Shown here in pieces: positions 9,262 through 19,125 of a stretch of 64,000 nt of DNA. The notes below the pieces were generated by a model that saw only the letters and a list, made by a program, of their open reading frames with translations, was not told where the DNA came from and searched no databases. The stretch covers positions 20,711 to 84,710 of the IMG/VR virus record IMGVR_UViG_3300033179_000001. The stretch is one strand, 5' to 3'. The stretch's first letter is position 1. Every line of letters starts with the position of its first letter. The position numbers were made by a program, and so were the translations under genes. Source of the DNA: a virus.

Positions 9262-12260
9262 TATTGCGAAACCGGTGCGGTTGCGGGTTGATCCTTCAGC
9301 AGGCCACGTCTGCGCATTTCAGCCTCCAGACCGGAAACATCGGATGGTGCCGAAGGTGCAGCAGCAGCTTTCGGAACTATATCAGGGATGCGTGCTTTCG
9401 AAATCTCGCCGCGCAAGGTCTTATCAAAACCGGCATCAAGTTTGCCGTGCTTCCCGACATACTCGTCAGCCATATCGCCCCATTTCATCATGAGGTTGCC
9501 GGCCTGATCGATCAGGTTGAGTTTGGCCCCGATGCCGGCCGCAGTATCCTCCGGCGTGATGTTGGCCTTTTCTTCAAGGTCCAACATCGATTTGAATATA
9601 CGGCCTCCAGTTTCTCCGGTTTCTGACGCCATCGATTTGATACCTGAAATCTGATCGGCCAAAATTCGGGTTGCCACCTGATTGAAGATTTCGCGCGGCG
9701 CGGCACCTTCTGGATTGATACCGAACTGAGCGGCGAGACGCTGCAAGCCAAGCGCAGCCTCACTGCCAGCACCCGGCGTGAAATTCGGCGTAGCCGCAAC
9801 CTGCCGCAGCATATCGATATTCTGCTTTTGCTGCGCCGCGATCATCGCCGAACCGGCCAAACCTTTGTGGAGCGAATCATAATATTTCGCAGTCGCCTCA
9901 CCGCCGGTTTCCGCTGCTTTCTTGGCACCAGCCTGAGCGGCTTCAGCCGCCTGAATGCCTCCGATCGTCGAGAGGTCAGGCTGTGCGGCTGCCGGATGTG
10001 GCATATCTCCACCGCCAGACGATGGGGGTGCTCCAGTCGATTGCACGCCACCGCCCGGCGAAAGCGTCGTGGTTTGCCACTGCCTCGTGGCTGGATCGAA
10101 ATGGCTCACGGTCGGGATTTCGGCCGAACCAATCTTGACTGTCCCGAACTTTGGTTCCGGAATGAAGACTTTCTGGCCAGCCGCGTTGAACATCAGCGTT
10201 CCGCCCTCAACTGGCATTGATTGCGGCTGTCCTCGCTGCTGGATCATTTGCAACATGGCAGCCTTGGCCGAATCCGGTACCCACGGGTTAGCCAGCATCT
10301 GTGTCAATTGCTGCGGATTGATCTGGCCAACCGGAGAAGTAAGCGGCTGCGGCAATCCAGGAGGCCCGCCAGCGGCCATAGGAGCGCTACTGGTGGGCGG
10401 GCCGTTCTGAGCCACTTGGATAGGGGCGATTGGAGCCGGCGCACCACCGCCAGCGGCAGGAGCCGGCGCACCCCCATCGCCGCCAGCCGGAGGCATTGGA
10501 CGCCCCGCAATGGCGTTAACCAACGTGGCAGGCGGAAGTCCGGCACCCTGCGGCAATTGTTTACCATTGACCGATACCGGCCCGAATGGCGGTGGCAATG
10601 GAGGTTCCACCAGTGGAGCGCCACCAACTGATGTCGGCCCAACAGCCCCGGGGATCGCCGAACCGGCCGGCAGCGGCATCGTTGGACGTGGCATCGGCAG
10701 CGGCACAGGTCCGCTGATGGGTGGCACTGGCGCAGCACTATCTAGAGCGGTCGCAGGAACGGCCGGAGTATTCGGTATCGCACCCGGGCGAACAAGCGCC
10801 ATCATGGCCTGTTCGGCCGGTGTAACCGGAGTGGCATTCGGTCCAAATAAGTTTGGAGTTCGAACGGGGCCACCGCCGATAGAACTTTCATCAGCAGGAG
10901 GGACGGGCGGACCCTTTGCCGCTTCCATTGCGGCAGCCTGTCTTGCAAAATCATCATTCGGCTGTGGCCGAACCAACGCCATCATCTGCTGTTCGATCGG
11001 GTTCAGGGGCTTCTCTGCCAGTGACGGAGACTGCGTTGGTCTCAGTTCTCCACCGCCAATATCCGTTGATGTCTGAGGAACCGACTGCTTAGCCGCCTCC
11101 ATCGCGGCAACCTGCCGTTTAAAGTCATCAGGATTCCATGGAACTCCACCGGGAGTACCGGGCATAGGACGGCCAGCAATGGCGTTGACCATTGGAGACA
11201 TGGGCGATGGCATAACCGGTGCCGCACCTGTGTCAAACACGCTAGGCGGGGGCACGGCCGGCCCCGACGTGCCTTGCGTGATCAGGTTCGGCAATGCGCC
11301 TTGCGTGCCGGCATTTGGAATCATCCCCGGAGGTGGATTACCGGCATAGGCGAGCCGTGTCGGAGCCGCAGCGCTCGCCTGTGGAGTTACAGGCGATGGG
11401 ATCGGTGCCAGCAAACCTGTCGCAGCCGGCGCGGTTTTCGCAGGAGCCGCAGCCATACTCAATGGCACGCCATTCTCATGCCTAGCCATCGCAGCAATCA
11501 ACTGAGGCCGCATTTCCGGAGGAATCGGATCGTTCGGCCCAATCCCCATCTGAGCCGCGACATGTTCCGCATAGGCTTTCGTATTGTTGTTATCTGACGC
11601 AGGAGCCCAACGGTTGACGATGCCTGAAATCGTATTCAGCCCGTGATTCCTTTGGTAGCTGTCAAGCAGCGTGCTTGCCGCCGCAACACCGTGTTCGGGA
11701 GCCTCGAACTTGGCAAATCGTCCGTCCGATCCGGCATAACCGGGCTGGGATCGTGCAAATTGGCCATCCTCGATATTCAGAGGGTTGTTGTTACGAATAC
11801 CACGAGGTGCCGATGAATCTACGCTCGCGCTCGTAGTAGCCGGTGGATTTGTGTTGCCCCCGCCAGTCCCGCTGCTATCCGAAGTTGGGGCAACGGTAGG
11901 CGAACTACTCGGGGAACTACCAGCACTGGGAGATGAGCCGCCGCCTAGATAAGGCGAATAAATCCGCCCTATGGCTTCCGCGCCTTGTTGACGCCCCGCC
12001 GTCTCGGCCTGTCGCGCGAAATCGGCCTCTCGATTGCCTTGTATCGCCCGCACGAGTTCAGCAAGTCCCTGCGTCCAATGGTGGATGCCACCTTCCGGAG
12101 GTTGTTGCAGCGCCATCGCATGTTGGCGCATCTGCGCGACCTGTTCAGGCGTCAAAGTCGATGGATTCGCGAGCGGTGCTGTTGAGACAGATGATGCACC
12201 CAGTGGAGTACCAAGCGGACCAAGCCCCCATGAGCCTACAGTGTTTGGATCAAGCGCCAT
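9261..12260 (-). CDS. Large ejection protein with lysozyme-like (RGIRNNNP) domain and Pro-rich linker
   Basis: RGIRNNNPLNI..RFAKF..TISGIVNRWAPASDNNNT..HENG. Confidence 0.7.
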   Translation of the reverse strand: MALDPNTVGSWGLGPLGTPLGASSVSTAPLANPSTLTPEQVAQMRQHAMALQQPPEGGIHHWTQGLAELVRAIQGNREADFARQAETAGRQQGAEAIGRIYSPYLGGGSSPSAGSSPSSSPTVAPTSDSSGTGGGNTNPPATTSASVDSSAPRGIRNNNPLNIEDGQFARSQPGYAGSDGRFAKFEAPEHGVAAASTLLDSYQRNHGLNTISGIVNRWAPASDNNNTKAYAEHVAAQMGIGPNDPIPPEMRPQLIAAMARHENGVPLSMAAAPAKTAPAATGLLAPIPSPVTPQASAAAPTRLAYAGNPPPGMIPNAGTQGALPNLITQGTSGPAVPPPSVFDTGAAPVMPSPMSPMVNAIAGRPMPGTPGGVPWNPDDFKRQVAAMEAAKQSVPQTSTDIGGGELRPTQSPSLAEKPLNPIEQQMMALVRPQPNDDFARQAAAMEAAKGPPVPPADESSIGGGPVRTPNLFGPNATPVTPAEQAMMALVRPGAIPNTPAVPATALDSAAPVPPISGPVPLPMPRPTMPLPAGSAIPGAVGPTSVGGAPLVEPPLPPPFGPVSVNGKQLPQGAGLPPATLVNAIAGRPMPPAGGDGGAPAPAAGGGAPAPIAPIQVAQNGPPTSSAPMAAGGPPGLPQPLTSPVGQINPQQLTQMLANPWVPDSAKAAMLQMIQQRGQPQSMPVEGGTLMFNAAGQKVFIPEPKFGTVKIGSAEIPTVSHFDPATRQWQTTTLSPGGGVQSTGAPPSSGGGDMPHPAAAQPDLSTIGGIQAAEAAQAGAKKAAETGGEATAKYYDSLHKGLAGSAMIAAQQKQNIDMLRQVAATPNFTPGAGSEAALGLQRLAAQFGINPEGAAPREIFNQVATRILADQISGIKSMASETGETGGRIFKSMLDLEEKANITPEDTAAGIGAKLNLIDQAGNLMMKWGDMADEYVGKHGKLDAGFDKTLRGEISKARIPDIVPKAAAAPSAPSDVSGLEAEMRRRGLLKDQPATAPVSQ

Positions 12261-12272
12261 GGTCCCACCACC

Positions 12273-13115
12273 TTATGCAAACGCCATCTTGCCAAGCGAT
12301 CCAAGCATCGAATTACCGAAACCACCAGTCCCGCCACTGATCGCCGCGCCACCAAGACCGAATAGACCGCTCATCATGGCGTTCTGTTGTGCTAGATCAG
12401 CATTATATTTGGCCATATTGGCTGAATTGGCAGAAGATGTAGCACCAACTAGATCGGCCGGGTTCATCGACGCTCCTGGTGTGGTCGTCAAACCAACTCC
12501 GGCCGGTTGAGAAAGGCCCATCTCCTGTGCGGCTATTTGTCCGGGCAGCAAATAACTCGATGTCGCCTGTTGGTAAGCCTGTGGTTCGGCAGTCGCCAAA
12601 AATCCGGTCACAGCCTGATTTTGATTGAGTTGCAAATCCCGCATCTGCTGCTGATAGGCCGGAGAATCCGGATAAATACCCTGCGCCCGCAATTTGGCGT
12701 CAAGTTGATTTGTCTGCGTAGAAAATTGTGGGTTGAGATAATCGGTCTCCTGCTTCAACAAAGCCTGAGTGTTGCCAGAGGTAGCATCTCCAATCACCTT
12801 TGACGGATTGGTCGCGCCATAGTTAGCCCCGGTCAGAAGTGCATTGGCCTGCTTACCCGCAACCCCTTGAGTGCCCTGCATTTGGGTAAGCAATGCTTGC
12901 TCGGCCGGCGAAAGTGATTGTGTCGCCGTGTAGGTCGGAACACCATTCGGACCAACCCCGGTCTGGGTATATGTCAGGGACCCAGTAGGCGTTACCTGAT
13001 TGACGTTAGATGCCGCCTGCCCTGTTTCCAATGCCTGTAGATTTAACTGCTGCTGCTTGTCCGCAGTCACATTCGGATCAGGAACGGCCGGGGTGCTCGG
13101 GGATGACAGGCTCAT
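12273..13115 (-). CDS. Ejection/DNA-transfer protein
   Basis: Gln-rich, NVNQVTPTGSLTY motif, Gly-rich C-terminus. Confidence 0.65.
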   Translation of the reverse strand: MSLSSPSTPAVPDPNVTADKQQQLNLQALETGQAASNVNQVTPTGSLTYTQTGVGPNGVPTYTATQSLSPAEQALLTQMQGTQGVAGKQANALLTGANYGATNPSKVIGDATSGNTQALLKQETDYLNPQFSTQTNQLDAKLRAQGIYPDSPAYQQQMRDLQLNQNQAVTGFLATAEPQAYQQATSSYLLPGQIAAQEMGLSQPAGVGLTTTPGASMNPADLVGATSSANSANMAKYNADLAQQNAMMSGLFGLGGAAISGGTGGFGNSMLGSLGKMAFA

Positions 13116-13594
13116 TTCGCAGTTTCCTTGTCCTTCGCAAACCCAATCCGTTTAAGGTCTTCTTTGAAGAGAACGAAAACCGCCGCATCGCCGTAAGGTC
13201 CATAATAGCGATGTTGCACACCCTCGAATTTGAATCCAAACCTCTGAAACATTTTCAGTATATTGGAATTGTTGCGGTTTGTCCGCATAGTCAGACGATC
13301 AAGATGATTGAACCTCGTTAGCGCATACTGCGCCAAACCTCTAGCAATTCCAGCCGAAAATGTCTGTGGTCCATAATAGCTGAGTTCGACGTTGAATCCG
13401 CTATAGTTTTGAAAAATCGCCGCTCCTATCATCTTGTGCAGCCTGATGATCCCTATCGCAGCATCAATAGGCATAGGTGTGAGACAAAATTCATTCCACG
13501 CCCAAGCCGCCACCGATGCATCATGACCGAACAATAGTCCATGCGGCAGGCAGAGCCCGCGCTGTCGTTCATCTCTGGTAGGATTCGGGATCAA
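13112..13594 (-). CDS. GNAT-like protein of the tail module
   Basis: RFGFKFEG..R.Y GNAT motif; typical position after tail tube gene. Confidence 0.65.
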   Translation of the reverse strand: MIPNPTRDERQRGLCLPHGLLFGHDASVAAWAWNEFCLTPMPIDAAIGIIRLHKMIGAAIFQNYSGFNVELSYYGPQTFSAGIARGLAQYALTRFNHLDRLTMRTNRNNSNILKMFQRFGFKFEGVQHRYYGPYGDAAVFVLFKEDLKRIGFAKDKETAK

Positions 13595-15237
13595 ATATAT
13601 GCTCCAAGCTCAATTACCGCGTTAAAGGCATTAATTTGAAGAATAGACGGCTGTTGCCCTACGTATCCATCGAATATCATGTTGTCGAAGGTGCCGGTAT
13701 CGAATACGGAGTTCGCTCCACCGCCGCTCGGCAAGACGTTCACCTTCATCCGCACCGCGAGTGCATGGCCTTCAGCCTGTACGGATTGCCAAGTTGATTG
13801 TGGCAGCGGTCCTTGCGCGTAGAACGCCGCATCATATACCGAGGTGTCATAAATACCGCCAGTCGCCACGAAAGACGAAACTGGGGCCGTTGGCGATATC
13901 GAGCCGAAATCAACATCTACACCGATCGTCGGAACGATCGTGCCGCCAGTAACCATCAACGGCTGAATCATGCTCATTCGCTTGGTGCGACCCGGAGCAC
14001 CAAAGAAGTTGAATGCGCATTGCATGTCCGCAACGATCGGGGAGACGAGATCGGCCGGACCTTGGTAGGCGTTAGCTACAATTCCATTATTTCCACCGAA
14101 ATATAACTGATCGTTGAAAATCTCGAAACAATTCGCATTCCATCCCTGAAACTGAGTCCATGCTCCGTTCAAGAAGTTCTGCACATATTGAACCTGTGAC
14201 GTATTGGTCTGTTGAGGCACGTTCAGGAACAACAATCCCTGTGCCGGATAACTGATCAACTCCCATCCAAAATTATTCTGGTAAGAAGCAGCGGCCTGCA
14301 ACATGGCGTTCTGAATGCGACCCGTGATAGCAGCTTGTCTCACCGCACCGGTATCAAGTTGGATGGTCTGTGACAGCGGCAGAACACCTTGCAGTGTAAT
14401 GATGCCAAGATCGGAACCGATCTTTGTGATGCATCGATTGCCCAGTGGTGGGGCAAGGTCAAAGGTACCGACTAGAGCCCAATTGCTTGCACTGGTAGGA
14501 TCGGGACCACTGTAGACAATGACTTGGCCACGAGTCGTTACAAACACAGCAAGACTTTGTGGCCCAGTACCACCGTTATAATTCCATGATCCCATAGATT
14601 GGATAAAACCACCCTCATCCATGAGCGCACCGAGATCAAGTGTACCAGCGACAGCCCCCGTGATCGCATTCGGAGCCAAATAATAGGCTTTGGTGGAATT
14701 ATTTGGTATGAACCAGAGTCGGTTCTGATGCGCATTGATGTTGACAAACGTCGTCTGCGGCGGCCCGCCCGTGATCGTCGGTGTGGTCCAAGTCGTCCCA
14801 TCCCAGAGTTGAGGATTATCCGACCCATTGACCATATAGAGATACTGAGACCCACCCGGCACAATAAAATTGAGGTATTGCCACCTATTGCTAGAAAATC
14901 CGCTGCGAACTAGCACAGGAGCGGATTGGTTGCTGACGTTGTAGATATTACCGCCGCATGCAGCGAACAGAAATTGAGTGCCACTTACCGGCTTGTATGT
15001 CGCCAACGTCTCTACCGGGCCATTTGTGCCAAGTCCCTGAACCCACGCATTGTATCCAGCACGCATCTCTATCCATGACGTGCGAGGAACCCAGTTGATC
15101 AGGATCGGAGCATATTTCGGGTCCATGTTCGCAAGAGGGTCAATCGCGTTCCAGCCACCAGTTGGTGCCGGAATCGGTACCGGTTGCGTCTCAGGTTGAG
15201 AAAATGGAGTTTTGGGTCGAGCTTGGATTTTACGCAT
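13591..15237 (-). CDS. Tail nozzle/DNA stabilization protein (gp10/tubular protein B-like)
   Basis: PAPTGGWNAIDPL N-terminus, beta-rich, size and synteny. Confidence 0.75.
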   Translation of the reverse strand: MRKIQARPKTPFSQPETQPVPIPAPTGGWNAIDPLANMDPKYAPILINWVPRTSWIEMRAGYNAWVQGLGTNGPVETLATYKPVSGTQFLFAACGGNIYNVSNQSAPVLVRSGFSSNRWQYLNFIVPGGSQYLYMVNGSDNPQLWDGTTWTTPTITGGPPQTTFVNINAHQNRLWFIPNNSTKAYYLAPNAITGAVAGTLDLGALMDEGGFIQSMGSWNYNGGTGPQSLAVFVTTRGQVIVYSGPDPTSASNWALVGTFDLAPPLGNRCITKIGSDLGIITLQGVLPLSQTIQLDTGAVRQAAITGRIQNAMLQAAASYQNNFGWELISYPAQGLLFLNVPQQTNTSQVQYVQNFLNGAWTQFQGWNANCFEIFNDQLYFGGNNGIVANAYQGPADLVSPIVADMQCAFNFFGAPGRTKRMSMIQPLMVTGGTIVPTIGVDVDFGSISPTAPVSSFVATGGIYDTSVYDAAFYAQGPLPQSTWQSVQAEGHALAVRMKVNVLPSGGGANSVFDTGTFDNMIFDGYVGQQPSILQINAFNAVIELGAYI

Positions 15238-16250
15238 CAGTTAGACTGGAAGCCTCCAGGTTGCGGAAAATACCCGTCTTGGACTGCCGTCTCTGGCGAA
15301 ATCAGGAATGGATGTACTCGCTTCACCAACGACAGCGTCTCGGTACCACCATCGCGAGCGATGAGACGGTCAACGAAATCGACGTAATCGTTACGGTCGT
15401 CCTCCCAACCTCCATATCCCTTGATCTTCTTGAACCGCCATTTCAGGCCGTCAATCAACGCGCGATCATCCAAGAACGAAGTGTCGAGATCACTTGTGAA
15501 CGCCGAGTTCGTACCGGTACTGATGGTCGATCCCGTCATATTCACCCAGTTCGTCGACAGATATTCGAACACCAACTGAATCGGGTTCACCAGTTCGGCC
15601 GGTGCCGGCCAAATCCGATAGGTGCTGTTGAGCGAATTACCGAGTTGTCGCCAATGCCGGCGAGGTCCAGTCTGGACGATGCCGGAGCGATGCCACTGGT
15701 CAAGTTGCGGCGAATCCGGACCAAGTAACGCCCACCGGTTCGTTCGATCCCACCACGTCCGCGCGATATATGCCTTGAGATCGGCCGGAAGCGAGTAGGT
15801 ATCCTGAGCAAACGTCAACGGAGTTGCCGCAGCGGTGCCGGTCGATTCCATCGTCAACGTGACGGTGGTTGTCGGGTTGTTGCCGCTCAGATCGCCAAGG
15901 TTTTTAATACGCGAGGCACTCGGGAGGAAAGAACCGAATATCGCCCAATTCCCCGCCGTCAATCCGGCCGTTGATGGGATGTTGGAGACAACAGGAGAGT
16001 TGGTGCTCACGTCCCCGGTCGTGATGATCGGCGCATTCACGATCAGATTGAACTCGGTCTGCATCGCGGTCCAGCCGTCCTCCGGCGTGTCCCGCAGTTC
16101 TTCGCCTTCCTTATTGAGTAGGGCAAGAACCTGAATTGCAGTTGGGTCAGTGTTTCCGATCAAAGTTAAGACCTGGGGGAAACCAAGTTCCCCCAGCATC
16201 GCGTTAGCAATTTGCAGACATGTCTTCGGCGTGAACGCGGTGACAGGCAT
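15237..16250 (-). CDS. Head-tail adaptor (gp4/tubular protein A-like)
   Basis: TCLQIAN..ELG, YSLPAD, WDRT.RW.L.GP, GLKWRF.K.KG; synteny. Confidence 0.75.
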   Translation of the reverse strand: MPVTAFTPKTCLQIANAMLGELGFPQVLTLIGNTDPTAIQVLALLNKEGEELRDTPEDGWTAMQTEFNLIVNAPIITTGDVSTNSPVVSNIPSTAGLTAGNWAIFGSFLPSASRIKNLGDLSGNNPTTTVTLTMESTGTAAATPLTFAQDTYSLPADLKAYIARTWWDRTNRWALLGPDSPQLDQWHRSGIVQTGPRRHWRQLGNSLNSTYRIWPAPAELVNPIQLVFEYLSTNWVNMTGSTISTGTNSAFTSDLDTSFLDDRALIDGLKWRFKKIKGYGGWEDDRNDYVDFVDRLIARDGGTETLSLVKRVHPFLISPETAVQDGYFPQPGGFQSN

Positions 16251-16271
16251 TCGTCATGCTCCAAGCCTCGA

Positions 16272-16652
16272 TTACACAGAAGCGAGAATCGCGTCGAATG
16301 TTGAGGCCGTCACTGCGTAGAAATAACCACCGTTACCGACCGATATGCTAACCCCAGTCGCAGTCAATCCACCTCGAATGAGCAATTGACCGCCTACTGG
16401 AGGCCAAACAACGCAAGTTGCTGTCGTATTCATCACGAAATATTCGCTTCCAACCTCAGCAACTGACGGCAGAATGAGACCAACACCGCTCGTCGCAGTG
16501 CCTATCGATCGAACATAGAACTGAAACTGCCCAATCGCCTGAGCCGTCGCCTGACTAGTACCAGCAGCGCTTACGCTCGTTGGATCAAGGCCAAGCCGTT
16601 TCGCAGCTTGTCCCGGAAGTCCAAACGTCATCAATCCGCGTGAATTTGCCAT
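16272..16652 (-). CDS. Small virion protein
   Basis: GAGGGG SD, beta-rich, in head module. Confidence 0.6.
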   Translation of the reverse strand: MANSRGLMTFGLPGQAAKRLGLDPTSVSAAGTSQATAQAIGQFQFYVRSIGTATSGVGLILPSVAEVGSEYFVMNTTATCVVWPPVGGQLLIRGGLTATGVSISVGNGGYFYAVTASTFDAILASV

Positions 16653-16719
16653 TGTATTCCCCTCTTATGCCCGCCTGAGCGGGGAGAGTTCGGGGCCGCA
16701 CGGAATGTGCGGTTTGCCC

Positions 16720-17580
16720 TTATGCCGCGTCTGTGGCCTTCCGTGGGCCTCTCGGCTTGCCTTTCGGCCATCCCCGAGCCTTCGGCGGCTCACCCGCTGG
16801 TGCGCTCTGAGGCCCCATCGGATGGGTGGCGTTGATCTGCGCCGTCTGGGCATCTACAACCGGCGAATTGCCGAACGACGGAGCCCGTGGCATCGCGCCA
16901 CCCGCAAACGTCTCGGCCGGTGCCGGCGCGGCTTGCCTCGGTGCACCCATCGGCATCCCAACGCCCGCATTCGCCAGCAACTGCGAATTGATCTGTTGCA
17001 TCTGGTGCGCCATGTCGTCGTTTTGCTTGGCCAGCCGCGCGTTGTCCCGCTTCATCTGCTCAAGCTCGAACTGCATCTGATGGAATGCCGCACCGTTGGA
17101 CGCGCCGTGGATGTATTTCTGCGCATAATTGACATAGTCCTGACCGTGCATGCCAATCGCCGCAATCGCGGTCGAACTCGCGGCAGCCAGATGCTCAACC
17201 GTCATGATGCCAACCGCCTGCAACATCGCAATCGCCGCCGGATGCCGGGGAAACAGCAGCCCAAGCGGCGTGCCCTCCGCGACTTGATCCTTGCCGGCTG
17301 CATAAGCCTGCCACTGTGCCGGCCACCGCTTCATGTCCAGATCAGACGCCGGACGGTCGACCTTCTGCAGGTTGCCCTCTCCGGGCTGCTGGATCATGAC
17401 ATAATCCTGATCCTCATAGATTGGACGGCCTGCCGATGCCGATTTGATCGGATTATGAACCGCCCGCTTGTAGAAAATGCACAGCATCGACGCATCGCCG
17501 GGGGTAGTTTGCACCGAGCCATCCGGCCTCATTCGATACTGCCCGCTGTCGGGAACGCCGTCGCCAATGTAGCCGCTCAT
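16720..17580 (-). CDS. Conserved phage head-module protein
   Basis: GRPIYEDQDY..PG..GTPL..TVEHLA; coiled coil; basic tail. Confidence 0.65.
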   Translation of the reverse strand: MSGYIGDGVPDSGQYRMRPDGSVQTTPGDASMLCIFYKRAVHNPIKSASAGRPIYEDQDYVMIQQPGEGNLQKVDRPASDLDMKRWPAQWQAYAAGKDQVAEGTPLGLLFPRHPAAIAMLQAVGIMTVEHLAAASSTAIAAIGMHGQDYVNYAQKYIHGASNGAAFHQMQFELEQMKRDNARLAKQNDDMAHQMQQINSQLLANAGVGMPMGAPRQAAPAPAETFAGGAMPRAPSFGNSPVVDAQTAQINATHPMGPQSAPAGEPPKARGWPKGKPRGPRKATDAA

Positions 17581-18512
17581 TCGCTTTTCTCCTCAATTTC
17601 CTTTGTCAGTCGTTCAGCTTCGATGTCAATCATCGCCTGCATGTCGGCAAGTAGGCCCGGCCCATGGAATACCGGCCTGAACAGATGGCCAAATGCCTGC
17701 AGCATTTGTTTGTAGTGATCGGCCTGCGCAAGTTGATATCCCGCCACACGATATTCACGCGGCTGCGGAAAAGACGGACCCATTCCAATCTTGACGTTGT
17801 AGATGTCGCCCAAAAACTCTTTCGTCGAATCCGTGAACGGATAAGCATGGTGCTCATCGTCAGACATTCCCATACATGAATCAAATCCAAAGAAATGGAG
17901 TTCGTTGAATCCCATCATCATCGCCAACGTCATTGCCCGGAGACCGACCGTACAGCCCCCTCCGACCGCGACCCATCCAGGGGTCTTTTCTTGAAGATAT
18001 TCACGAGCATCTTGATCGCCAGCGCCAATCGGCCAGCAATGCCACATCGTGACATCATAACCCTTAAGCGCTTCAAACACCGTCGAATTACAATGGCTCG
18101 AAATCAGATACTTCGTGTTTTTATCCGGTGCCCTGAGATAGTTTGCCATCACAGGATCAGGATCACATACCGCGCAATAGGTTGGAACGCGCGGCGAGTT
18201 CGCCTGTAGCCAATCATGTGCTGATCCGCATGCAATGATCGCCTGAAAGTCCATCAATTCCGAAATTGTATCGCGGATCGACGGACCTCCCCCAACCAAT
18301 GCAATGCGACGACCAGGGACAAAGTCCTCTTGCTTGACCGGAAACTTCTCATGAAACCATGGCAATTGTCGCCCAATATTAGCGCGGACGTTGTTCATGG
18401 ATTCTTCTGAAGGCGTTGCCGTCTGTGTAGTGACACCGGCAAGCCGGTTCCAATACAAAGACGACATCGCATGCTCTTGCATTTCTGGAGTAGGGAAATC
18501 GAGTTCCGCCAT
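17577..18512 (-). CDS. Maf/DUF115-like (MAF_flag10/MptE-like) glycosyltransferase-fold protein
   Basis: IALVGGGPS, VCDP, GGCTVGLRA..MGFNELHFFGFDSC. Confidence 0.75.
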   Translation of the reverse strand: MAELDFPTPEMQEHAMSSLYWNRLAGVTTQTATPSEESMNNVRANIGRQLPWFHEKFPVKQEDFVPGRRIALVGGGPSIRDTISELMDFQAIIACGSAHDWLQANSPRVPTYCAVCDPDPVMANYLRAPDKNTKYLISSHCNSTVFEALKGYDVTMWHCWPIGAGDQDAREYLQEKTPGWVAVGGGCTVGLRAMTLAMMMGFNELHFFGFDSCMGMSDDEHHAYPFTDSTKEFLGDIYNVKIGMGPSFPQPREYRVAGYQLAQADHYKQMLQAFGHLFRPVFHGPGLLADMQAMIDIEAERLTKEIEEKSE

Positions 18513-18513
18513 C

Positions 18514-19065
18514 TTACTGCGTCGTCCCTCTCATGTACGCAAAGACCAACTCCAGCGCTGCTGTAGTGCTCACCAGCGACACAGGAATCGCCGCGTTGGT
18601 CAATGCGGCATTGGTTGCTGACGATGCAACAGTGGTCGTAATAGACCCTGGAGACGAAGACGAAATATACAGCGTAGCCTGTGCTGCGGCCGTAGAAAGA
18701 ACGTTGACCAGCGCGCCACCACGGCCCGCCACCATCGCCCAGAAGTAATCGCCGGCATTCGCAACAGACACCTGAAATTCCGCCAGTCCGAGTGTCTTCG
18801 AATTTGTGACACCGTTGGCAGTCGACCAGTCGCAGTTGTTCGCATTGAACGATTCGTCGATCTTGACGATATTCAAAGCAGTAACAGTCGTGCTCGCTTT
18901 CACGCGAACCCACTGAGACCCACCGATTCCTTGGCAAATATCGCCAAGGGCTGCTGACGGTCCCGGAATTTCCGGGGCAGTCGTGACCGAAATCGTCTGA
19001 GGGTTGTTCAGATCAACCCCCGCCTGATTGTCGACCGTGTAGAAGTTCGTGATGATAGTGGCCAT
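18514..19065 (-). CDS. Capsid decoration/cement-like protein
   Basis: Directly after capsid gene; GSQWVRV, AGDYFW motifs; Ser/Thr-rich. Confidence 0.65.
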   Translation of the reverse strand: MATIITNFYTVDNQAGVDLNNPQTISVTTAPEIPGPSAALGDICQGIGGSQWVRVKASTTVTALNIVKIDESFNANNCDWSTANGVTNSKTLGLAEFQVSVANAGDYFWAMVAGRGGALVNVLSTAAAQATLYISSSSPGSITTTVASSATNAALTNAAIPVSLVSTTAALELVFAYMRGTTQ

Positions 19066-19125
19066 AGCCGTTTAACTCCTGTTTTTCCCTCTGAGGCTTC
19101 CTGACGTATCAGAAAGCGCAGCAAC

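Noticed and set aside
16705-17715. 336-aa + strand ORF and similar antisense ORFs in the virion module
   Set aside because: Shadows of GC-rich minus-strand genes; Arg-rich with no motifs
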